The translations under genes and the position numbers were made by a program. A stretch of 64,000 bases of DNA from Bacillota bacterium (GTDB lineage: Bacteria; Bacillota_I; Bacilli_A; RFN20; CAG-826): positions 438 through 64,437 of the forward strand of contig JAEWMX010000013.1 in assembly GCA_023393065.1 (NCBI GenBank). The letters are read 5' to 3'. Position 1 is the first letter of the stretch; every line of letters begins with the position of its first letter. Positions 35,676 through 43,629 of the stretch are shown here, in pieces. The notes under the pieces were generated by a model. That model worked only from the letters and a program-made list of their open reading frames with translations, did no database searches and was not told where the DNA came from.

Positions 35676-36872
35676 TCAATTATCCTTTTGTAGTACTATA
35701 TACTTGTCCTCTGTATAATTTGCAGCTTTGACATAACCGACTTTTCTTATTTTTTTAGCATCAATAAGCGGTCTGATAACGTTTCTAATAATGTGTCCTT
35801 TTTTCATAAAAGTGTTTTGTAAACAAATTACTTCAATATTTTCGAATGAAAGTTCTTTTCCAATTTCGCTAAGAATAGCAGGCGACACCTTCTCAAGCTC
35901 TGCGACAAAGGCTTCTTCTTCTGGAGTGCGATTAAACAAATTCAGCTCATTTGCATCTGACTCTTTTTGAGAAACGCAATATTCGTTAGTTGGTCCTAAG
36001 GCTTTCCAGGTTGCTTCTTTAACCTTTCTTAAACCCTCAATGTTTGGAGTAAGATAGATCAAATAATACAAGGTTACGTTCATCTCGTTTTTCATCTTAA
36101 CATAATAGCGGAATTTCATGTGAGTTCCGTCTATTAGTTTGTTTGCTAAACAATCTCTTAGTTGCTCTGCTCTAACATAGGAATCATTTTCATCGAAACA
36201 ACAAAAATTATGTATTAACTCTCCGATTTCTTCCCTATATTTTGTACATTTTGGATTATTAACGTTCCTAGTATAATCGTTGCAAAAAAAGTTAATAATC
36301 AGCTCACAGTATATGGACTTAATGAAATCTTTAATTGCGACAGCCTGATTATATTTGATTAAATTGTATGGATCGACATACAGTAGAACACTTTTATTAG
36401 TTCCATATACAAATTGAAAATGGTACTCACTCTTAATAGTGGTTATAAAATCACAGGCTTCTTTGCAGTAAACTTTTAGATGAACATTAGAAATGTTTTC
36501 TTCTTTGAATTTATCTATGTATATATTAAAAATTTCCTGCATGGTGGATACTTTTTGTGCATCGTAATCGTTTGAAATTAAGAAAAAATTTATATCAGGA
36601 TGATAAAGAGAAAATTTAACAAATGTGTTTAAAACCTCAATGCTGGTTGAGAGATCACCGCTTTCATAAATTCCCGCATTGCTCATTGCATCAATAAAAA
36701 ATATATATTTAGAAACGTGACTCACAACATAAAGCCAATGCTCCACATATTTTCTTATATACTCAATTTTTTTAACAGTATGGGTTTTGATGAATTCGCC
36801 GTACGAAAACTCAGCCTTCCTGTTTTCAAGAAGTTCTTTGATTTCGTTAAAAGAATAACCTTCAAATCCCAT
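35676..36872 (-). CDS. TcmP-like (three-Cys-motif partner) protein
   Basis: 398 aa. The N-terminus HTVKKIEYIRKYVEHWLYV...FIDAMSNAGIY recalls the TcmP family from memory. It sits adjacent to the three-Cys protein. Confidence 0.5.
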   Translation of the reverse strand: MGFEGYSFNEIKELLENRKAEFSYGEFIKTHTVKKIEYIRKYVEHWLYVVSHVSKYIFFIDAMSNAGIYESGDLSTSIEVLNTFVKFSLYHPDINFFLISNDYDAQKVSTMQEIFNIYIDKFKEENISNVHLKVYCKEACDFITTIKSEYHFQFVYGTNKSVLLYVDPYNLIKYNQAVAIKDFIKSIYCELIINFFCNDYTRNVNNPKCTKYREEIGELIHNFCCFDENDSYVRAEQLRDCLANKLIDGTHMKFRYYVKMKNEMNVTLYYLIYLTPNIEGLRKVKEATWKALGPTNEYCVSQKESDANELNLFNRTPEEEAFVAELEKVSPAILSEIGKELSFENIEVICLQNTFMKKGHIIRNVIRPLIDAKKIRKVGYVKAANYTEDKYIVLQKDN

Positions 36873-36941
36873 AAATTACCTACACGATTACCCGCAAATA
36901 GCAGTAAATAGGCTTTAGTCTTTTATATTGTTAAGACCAAA

Positions 36942-39900
36942 TTATTCACCTATTCCAAAGAATCTCTCAAAGAATGTAATAATCTTGATCATGACTCTTT
37001 GTTTTTTTTCTGCTCTATTGCTACCACCAAATCTTGAGATGGGTGGCATAATCTTATCGAGGTCGGTTCCGTTAGTTTTAACATAGCCATCTTTAAGGCA
37101 ATTTGAAATGAATTCTCTTGTTGCGGAATCTTTGAGGCCTTCGCCTTCAACAAGTTCTTTAATCTCTTTTTCTTTTTCTTCAGCGATATACGCATGCCAA
37201 TTCGCCATGACATCATCAACTTCATTAATTCCAGACAAGAAGTTTTGAATAAGCTCGCGTTTGCTTCTTAATTCAGGAGATGCATCCATTGCCTTTTGAA
37301 TCGCGACGATAATCTCACGATCCTTACGGTGGGTATCATGGTATTTTTTAACAAGCATTAAGATGTAATCGATATTTACTTCGATTTGCTTAATGAGTTC
37401 GATCTCAAAAACGATGTCGTCATTGATGTTTCTAAGCTCTCCCTGAGCAGAGGATGGTCTTAAATCAAGATATCTAGAAACGTAATCTTGTAAATCAATG
37501 TCGGAGATAAGCTCTTTTCCAACAAAGTCATCGAAGGATGCTAGTAGGTTCTTTAATCTTAAGATGACACCGAAGAGTTTCAGGAAGTTCCTTTGATTTT
37601 CTTCGCCTTCAATTCGTGGATCAGAGAGGGGATATTTTTCTAATAGTTCTTCGACGAGCTCCCCATAACCTTTATGGTACTTACCTTCGTTATCGGTGTA
37701 CCCGTTGTAGTAATCATTAAAGCCTCTTAGTAAGACTATGCCTGTCGCATCTCTATCGCCAAATAAGGATATCGATTCATCAACTTTCTTTTGAAGAGGT
37801 CTAAAACAGATAATATTTCCGAAAGTTTTGATTGAGTTAAGGATCCGGTTTGTTCTTGAGAAAGCCTGCATTAAACCATGCATCTTAAGGTTCTTATCAA
37901 CCCAAAGAGTATTTAAAGTCGTGGCATCAAAGCCAGTAAGGAACATGTTCACGACGATAAGCAAATCAATCTCTTTATTCTTCATTCTTAAAGAGAGGTC
38001 GCGATAATAGTTCTGGAATCCTTCCCCTTCAGTTGAAAAGTTTGTACGGAACATTTCGTTGTAATCTTTGATTGAAGCTTCAAGAAAATCACGTGAGGAC
38101 TGATCGAGTCTAGAAGTATCTTCTGGGTTTTCTTCATCGATAATGCCATCGATCTCGTCTTCGTTCGCCCCATACGAATAAATGATGGCAACCTTGAGTT
38201 TCTTGGCATCTGGAAGTTCTTTGATCTGTTTCTTGAATTCAGCATAGTAGAGTTTAGCAGAGGATATGGAAGCTGTCGCAAAAATAGAGTTAAACCCACT
38301 GAGGCGAATCTTTTCTCTTACTTCTTCTTTGCCTTTAAGCACGTCATGGACATTCGATATCACACTTTGGCTATAAGTCTTCTCATTACGATATGTCTTT
38401 TGATTATAGTGATCAAGAATGTATTGAGTGACTAAGGAGATTCTTTGAGGAGCATTAAACGCTGCTTCTCGGTCAATATCTTTAACCTTTTCATCTTCGA
38501 TTGCGTCATCTTGATCCATCGTCTTAATGTAATCGACTCTGAAAGGGAGAACGTTTCGATCGTTAATGGCGTCAATAACTGTATAAACATGCAGTTGATC
38601 ACCAAAAGCCTGTGAAGTTGTCTTTAAATGAGGATTCCCACCCGTGGAGGAATTAACACTAAAGATTGGAGTCCCAGTGAATCCGAAAATATAGTATTTA
38701 TTAAAGTTTTTGATAATGGCAGTGTGCATGTCGCCAAATTGGCTACGATGGCATTCATCAAAGATGAGCACTATTTTTTTATCAAAGACTGGATGTATCT
38801 TATTTTGCTCGATGAAGATAGAGAGCTTTTGAATGGTAGTAATAATGATTGTGCTATTTGGATCTTCAAGTTGCCTCTTTAAAACCGCTGTGGAGGTATT
38901 AGAGTTTGCTGCACCTTTTTCAAAACGATCATATTCGCGCATGGTTTGATAGTCGAGGTCTTTTCTATCAACAACGAATAACACCTTATCAATATACGGA
39001 AGTTTTGAGGTGAGTCGAGCAGCTTTAAAGGAGGTGAGGGTTTTGCCACTACCCGTTGTATGCCAGACGTATCCGCCAGCTTTAATGGAGCCAAACCATT
39101 TATAGTTCGTTGCCACTTCAATTCGGTTAAGCATTCTTTCCGTTGCAGCGATTTGATAGGGCCGCATCACGAGCAGTTTTTCTTCGGCAGTGTAGACACA
39201 GTATTTAGTAAGAATGTTTAATAAAGTGTGCTTCGAAAAGAATGTCCTAGTGAAGTCAATTAAATCCGGAATGGTCTTGTTCTTCGCATCTGCCCAGAAA
39301 GAAGTGAATTCAAAGGTATTGCTCGTTTTATCTGTCTTTTGCGTTTTATTAATATCTTTAACGTGGGAGAAACGAGTGGTATTCGAATAATACTTCGTAT
39401 GAGTTCCGTTAGAGATAACAAAAATTTGGACGAATTCGAATAAACCACTGCCAGCCCAAAAGCTGTCTCTCTGATATCTGTTTATTTGATTGAAGGCTTC
39501 TTTAATAGCTACACCGCGTCTTTTAAGCTCGACATGAACTAGCGGTAGACCATTAACCAAAATGGTGACGTCATAGCGGTTCTTATAGGTTCCGTCGCTC
39601 ACTTCATATTGGTTAATGACTTGGAGTTTATTGTTATGGATGTTGACCTTATCGATCAACTTAATGTTCTTTGTTTCACCATTATCTCTCTTTAGCGGGA
39701 AGATGTGGTTTTCTTGAATGATCTCTGTCTTTTCTTTGATTCCGGCGTTAGGTTTACAAAGACAGTTATTAAAGATTTGCTTCCATTCGTTATCGGATAA
39801 TTGATAGTCATTGAGAAGTGATAATTGTTTTCTTAGGTTATCAATCAAATTCTTTTCTTCGCGAATCAAAATGAACTCGTAAGATTGTTCTCCGAGCATG

Positions 39901-40022
39901 CGAATAAACTCTTTTTCAAGAGCAGCTTCGCTTTGATAAGCATCAGAACGAGAAGTGATCGGCTTATATTCCGTCACTACTGTTTCTTCATTTGATTGAG
40001 AAATAACCGTATATTGAGCCAT
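36942..40022 (-). CDS. hsdR: Type I restriction enzyme R subunit
   Basis: 1026 aa. HTTGSGKT Walker A and FDECHRSQ (DEAH box). Confidence 0.9.
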   Translation of the reverse strand: MAQYTVISQSNEETVVTEYKPITSRSDAYQSEAALEKEFIRMLGEQSYEFILIREEKNLIDNLRKQLSLLNDYQLSDNEWKQIFNNCLCKPNAGIKEKTEIIQENHIFPLKRDNGETKNIKLIDKVNIHNNKLQVINQYEVSDGTYKNRYDVTILVNGLPLVHVELKRRGVAIKEAFNQINRYQRDSFWAGSGLFEFVQIFVISNGTHTKYYSNTTRFSHVKDINKTQKTDKTSNTFEFTSFWADAKNKTIPDLIDFTRTFFSKHTLLNILTKYCVYTAEEKLLVMRPYQIAATERMLNRIEVATNYKWFGSIKAGGYVWHTTGSGKTLTSFKAARLTSKLPYIDKVLFVVDRKDLDYQTMREYDRFEKGAANSNTSTAVLKRQLEDPNSTIIITTIQKLSIFIEQNKIHPVFDKKIVLIFDECHRSQFGDMHTAIIKNFNKYYIFGFTGTPIFSVNSSTGGNPHLKTTSQAFGDQLHVYTVIDAINDRNVLPFRVDYIKTMDQDDAIEDEKVKDIDREAAFNAPQRISLVTQYILDHYNQKTYRNEKTYSQSVISNVHDVLKGKEEVREKIRLSGFNSIFATASISSAKLYYAEFKKQIKELPDAKKLKVAIIYSYGANEDEIDGIIDEENPEDTSRLDQSSRDFLEASIKDYNEMFRTNFSTEGEGFQNYYRDLSLRMKNKEIDLLIVVNMFLTGFDATTLNTLWVDKNLKMHGLMQAFSRTNRILNSIKTFGNIICFRPLQKKVDESISLFGDRDATGIVLLRGFNDYYNGYTDNEGKYHKGYGELVEELLEKYPLSDPRIEGEENQRNFLKLFGVILRLKNLLASFDDFVGKELISDIDLQDYVSRYLDLRPSSAQGELRNINDDIVFEIELIKQIEVNIDYILMLVKKYHDTHRKDREIIVAIQKAMDASPELRSKRELIQNFLSGINEVDDVMANWHAYIAEEKEKEIKELVEGEGLKDSATREFISNCLKDGYVKTNGTDLDKIMPPISRFGGSNRAEKKQRVMIKIITFFERFFGIGE

Positions 40023-41233
40023 TATCCCTGTAACTCCTTGAATGTCAATAGTTTATCGCGATAGTATTCGTACTGTTTTTGACGGGCGGCGATTTCAGCG
40101 GGAAGGCCTATTGAGAAATCGTTACAATATGCGGCAAATTTATCAAGAATATCCACTATGGTTTGTTGTTCTTTGAGAGATGGCAAGGGTATGACTATAT
40201 TGGATATAGCCGGAACGCTAGAATGGACAACTTTGCTTTTCACTTTTCCTTTTCCTTTTTGATTAACTGCGTCTTTTGTTGACAATGCATAGGATAAATA
40301 TTTTGCATTTTGGTTATGCCGTAAAACAACAATATCACCCCCAACATAACCATCTTCATCTCCGACATAGGCGGTTGTCTTTGCAATATCCTCAATATTT
40401 TCTCCGGTAATAGCAAATAATACGTCGTTCTTCTTTAGTGTCTTAGGATTTGCTATTAAGTCTTTTTTGGTGTGGGAAATACATTGTGAAAAATGGACAC
40501 CGTATGAAGTGTAAATTTCACCATAACGAATACAAGGAACACCTTCGGCAGTTACCTCGTCTCGCTTAATCCCGTTACCTCTAAACATGGTTGTTGCTAT
40601 TTGAGATAATTTGACCCTAGGATAAGAAGCGTTCGATATAAGCTCGTCCCTATAATACTCATACTGCTTCTTCCTGGCTGTAAGCTCTGCTGTAAGCTCT
40701 GCTGTAAGCTCTGTGAAATTGTCCAGAATTCGTACAATTTCATATTGAACCTCGATAGGTGGGATGGGGATAATTAATCCTTTAATATCATCATTGCTTA
40801 AGTTTTTTACAGATCCGCCGTTTAGTCCAGTGATTAATGTTTCTATGGAATTGCATAAAACGTAATATAAATATTTATTCAAAATTGAATTCATAGGGGT
40901 GAACATTCCAACGCGTTGATTTAAATAACAAATATTTTTTGAGTTATTTATTCCTACTTTAATTGTCCCACTCATACCAATAACAATCTTTTGAGGGTAT
41001 ATGATATATTTGTCTAAATTTTCAATATAATAACCTGGATTAAAATATTCCATATTTTCAAATGATATTTCGTTTCCTTGAATGTTGGTTGTTCTACAAA
41101 TTGGAAGACCTTCCGTCAGGAATAAAGATGATTTAAATGCAAATCCTGTAATAAAATCTGATACTTCTCCTAACTTTCTATATTCCACCCCGTTAGGGCA
41201 TAACTCTTGAATGAGTTCTTCTAACTTACTCAT
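40022..41233 (-). CDS. hsdS: Type I R-M specificity subunit (IC-like)
   Basis: Two TRDs separated by the conserved ILDNFTELTAELTAELTARKKQYEYYRD, with a C-terminal ILDKF...ARQKQYEYYRDKLLTF. Confidence 0.9.
   Translation of the reverse strand: MSKLEELIQELCPNGVEYRKLGEVSDFITGFAFKSSLFLTEGLPICRTTNIQGNEISFENMEYFNPGYYIENLDKYIIYPQKIVIGMSGTIKVGINNSKNICYLNQRVGMFTPMNSILNKYLYYVLCNSIETLITGLNGGSVKNLSNDDIKGLIIPIPPIEVQYEIVRILDNFTELTAELTAELTARKKQYEYYRDELISNASYPRVKLSQIATTMFRGNGIKRDEVTAEGVPCIRYGEIYTSYGVHFSQCISHTKKDLIANPKTLKKNDVLFAITGENIEDIAKTTAYVGDEDGYVGGDIVVLRHNQNAKYLSYALSTKDAVNQKGKGKVKSKVVHSSVPAISNIVIPLPSLKEQQTIVDILDKFAAYCNDFSIGLPAEIAARQKQYEYYRDKLLTFKELQG
40677..40712 (-). repeat. 12-bp tandem repeat x3 (GCTGTAAGCTCT) encoding (TAEL)n in the HsdS central spacer
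   Basis: Three exact units at 40677, 40689 and 40701. Confidence 0.95.
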
Positions 41234-41235
41234 GA

Positions 41236-42789
41236 TTAACCTTCGATTTCCGTAACTATCTTAGAAATCTCTTCACGGAGCATATTTTCTTTTTTAACTA
41301 TCTCCTCAATTTCAGCATTAAGCTTAATAATGTTGATTTTTTCTCTAGTGTCTTCTTGTTCTACATATGTCGAAACAGAAAGGTTATATTCACTTTCTTT
41401 AACTTCCTCAAATGATGAAACTTTAACCATATGATTCTTATCTTTTCTATCAGTATAAAACTTAACAATATTAGCAATGTTTTCGTCAGTCAGCTTATTG
41501 TTATTGGTTACTTTCACACATTCTCTAGATGCATCAATGAATATGACGTTCGTATCTAACTTATTCTTCTTTAAAACCATGATACTTGTCGCAATTGAGG
41601 TGCCAAAGAATAAATTGTTCGGAAGTTGAATAATACAATCAACAAAGTTATTGTCTACTAAGTACTTTCTAATTTTTTGTTCTGCTCCACCTCGATACAT
41701 AATCCCCGGGAAACAGACAATTGCAGCAGCCCCGTTCGTTTTTAGCCATGATAAAGTATGCATGATAAAGGCCATGTCTGCTTTTCCTTTAGGAGCAAGG
41801 ACACCAGCAGGAGCAAATCGCGGATCGTTAATTAATAGAGAATTTGAATCACCCGCCCACTTAATTGAGTAAGGTGGATTTGAGACAATGACTTCAAAGG
41901 GTTCATCATTCCAATGTTCGGGTGAGATAAGAGTGTCTTCACAGGCAATGTTAAAATTATCAAAACCTACGCCATGTAGGAACATGTTAATTCTGCACAG
42001 ATTATAGTTTGTGATATTAATTTCTTGGCCGAAGTAGCCTCTTCTTACTTTTCCTTCACCAAGTACTTTATGAGCCTTTAATAGTAATGAACCTGAGCCA
42101 CATGCAGGATCGTAGACCCCATCAACTTCAGTCTTTCCAACTGTTGCGAGCCTCATAAGTAGTTCTGAAACTTCTTGAGGAGTGAAAAATTCTCCGCCAC
42201 TTTTACCCGCATTTGATGCATACATCGACATCAAATACTCATAAGCATCACCAAAAGCATCAGTCTTATTGTTAGTAGTATAGGTGAGATTCATATCGCC
42301 GATGCCATTCAGAATTTTTACTAATTTTTCATTCCGTTTAGCTACAGTTGACCCGAGCTTATTTGAGTTCACATCGATATCATCGAATAAACCACTGAAG
42401 TCGCTTTCGCTACTTGTTCCGGTGGCTGATTCCTCAATGTGCTTAAATACCTTTTCTAATGTCTCATTAAGATTCTCGTCATTTGGCGCTTTCTTTCTAA
42501 CGTTACTAAATAACTCGCTTGGGAGAATAAAAAAACCTACAGCATTCACCATTTCATCTCTAATTGATTCAGCTTCTTTATCAGATAAATTGGCATACGA
42601 AAAATTCGAGTTTCCACTATCGTGTTCGTTCTTATTAATATACTTTTCTAGGTGTTCAGAGATGTAGCGATAAAACATGATTCCTAAAATGTATTGTTTA
42701 AAATCCCAGCCATCAACACTTCCACGAAGATCGTCGGCAATGGCCCAAATAGCACGGTGTAATTCTTCCCTCTCTTTATTAGCAGGCAT
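41236..42789 (-). CDS. hsdM: Type I R-M N6-adenine methyltransferase subunit
   Basis: [11 protein letters not shown] and [10 protein letters not shown] motifs. 517 aa. Confidence 0.9.
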   Translation of the reverse strand: MPANKEREELHRAIWAIADDLRGSVDGWDFKQYILGIMFYRYISEHLEKYINKNEHDSGNSNFSYANLSDKEAESIRDEMVNAVGFFILPSELFSNVRKKAPNDENLNETLEKVFKHIEESATGTSSESDFSGLFDDIDVNSNKLGSTVAKRNEKLVKILNGIGDMNLTYTTNNKTDAFGDAYEYLMSMYASNAGKSGGEFFTPQEVSELLMRLATVGKTEVDGVYDPACGSGSLLLKAHKVLGEGKVRRGYFGQEINITNYNLCRINMFLHGVGFDNFNIACEDTLISPEHWNDEPFEVIVSNPPYSIKWAGDSNSLLINDPRFAPAGVLAPKGKADMAFIMHTLSWLKTNGAAAIVCFPGIMYRGGAEQKIRKYLVDNNFVDCIIQLPNNLFFGTSIATSIMVLKKNKLDTNVIFIDASRECVKVTNNNKLTDENIANIVKFYTDRKDKNHMVKVSSFEEVKESEYNLSVSTYVEQEDTREKINIIKLNAEIEEIVKKENMLREEISKIVTEIEG

Positions 42790-42839
42790 AAAGAATCCTC
42801 CTTTTGATCAATATAATTTGTAAAAATTAACTTAAAAAG

Positions 42840-42875
42840 ATTTTACCACAAAAATGACGATTTGTTTATTACTTT
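42840..42875 (-). promoter_or_regulatory. Candidate hsdM promoter (extended -10)
   Basis: Minus strand: TGGTAAAAT (-10 at 42845..42840) and a weak -35 TAAACA 17 nt upstream. Confidence 0.4.
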
Positions 42876-42876
42876 T

Positions 42877-42970
42877 TGGCACTATGCACGTCATCGTGCC
42901 ATAATTTAATGTTGCCGTGCCACAATTGACATAGCCGTGCCACAATTGAATGAAGCGTGCCACCTATTGG
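42877..42970 (-). repeat. Array of CGTGCCA half-sites: one inverted pair plus direct repeats at 20-21 bp spacing
   Basis: GTGCCA at 42896, 42917, 42937 and 42957. Inverted TGGCAC at 42877. Exact 16-mer GCCGTGCCACAATTGA at 42914 and 42934. Confidence 0.9.
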
Positions 42971-43056
42971 CATTGAAAACAAATAAATGTACCATTTTCA
43001 GCTTTTTTATAACGCTAATATAAAGAGGCAATATTCAAAAAATATCGATTGAATGT

Positions 43057-43089
43057 AAATAAAAAGGACTGACACAATTGTATCAATCC
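43057..43089 (-). terminator. Rho-independent terminator of tRNA-Trp
   Basis: Minus strand: GGATTGATAC-aatt-GTGTCAGTCC (with G.U pairs) followed by TTTTTATTT. Confidence 0.6.
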
Positions 43090-43102
43090 TGACCATTCTA
43101 GA

Positions 43103-43176
43103 TGGCAGGGGCGGCAGGAATCGAACCCGCATAGTTGGTTTTGGAGACCAAAGTATTGCCGTTATACGACGCCCCT
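43103..43176 (-). tRNA. trnW: tRNA-Trp (anticodon CCA)
   Basis: Hand-folded cloverleaf: acceptor AGGGGCG/CGCCCCT, anticodon loop CTCCAAA, T-loop GGTTCGATTCC, encoded CCA. 74 nt. Confidence 0.9.
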
Positions 43177-43190
43177 AAAGGCCTCTACGA

Positions 43191-43613
43191 TTATATGTTA
43201 CGGGCGAGGCGGTTGACAAGTCCCATATCGACTTTGCCATCAAAATTGACTTTGAAGTGCTTCATGATTGAAGGGATCGATTTATCGCTTAACATATTGA
43301 TTTCATCAATGATTTCCTGCTCGCTCATCATCTTCGGCAAAAACGATTTGGCAATTTCCTCTTGGTGTAATATAGCTTTAACCATTTCGCTATTATTGAC
43401 TTTTGCATAGCCTTCTTTTTCTTCGCTGAGCTCCTTGACGACTTTGGAAATAACGCGTAGCAAATCACTATCTCCGACTTCTTTAGCGTCAACTCTAGCT
43501 TCAATCAATAGCTGCCGATAGCGAGTTATGATAATCGTCAAAACAGCGCGAGCTTGCGCGTCTTTGGCTTTTAGCGCTTCAAGATTAGCTTTTTCAATTT
43601 TTTCAATTAACAT
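43191..43613 (-). CDS. GatB/YqeY domain protein
   Basis: 140 aa. It contains LKAKDAQARAVL...SFLPKMMSEQEI...VNRLARN. Confidence 0.75.
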   Translation of the reverse strand: MLIEKIEKANLEALKAKDAQARAVLTIIITRYRQLLIEARVDAKEVGDSDLLRVISKVVKELSEEKEGYAKVNNSEMVKAILHQEEIAKSFLPKMMSEQEIIDEINMLSDKSIPSIMKHFKVNFDGKVDMGLVNRLARNI

Positions 43614-43629
43614 ATGTCACTCCTTAAAT

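Larger units (their letters stand above)
1..42877 (-). mobile_element. Integrated siphovirus-like prophage (HK97-type head, long tail) including an AT-rich R-M/accessory arm; the left end may lie outside the window
   Basis: Unbroken minus-strand gene train from hsdM (42789) down to two serine recombinases (142). Host-type genes begin at tRNA-Trp (43103). Confidence 0.75.

Noticed and set aside
42877-42970. TGGCACG repeats read as sigma-54 (-24/-12) promoters.
   Set aside because: None of the copies has TTGC at the required spacing. The best case, TGGCACGATGACGTGCA, is off by one nucleotide. Four phased copies fit a binding-site array better.
40677-42970. Possible CRISPR array, suggested by the short tandem or phased repeats.
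   Set aside because: The 12-bp x3 repeat is in-frame coding sequence of hsdS. The 20-bp-period array has units too short and spacers too small, and there are no cas genes.
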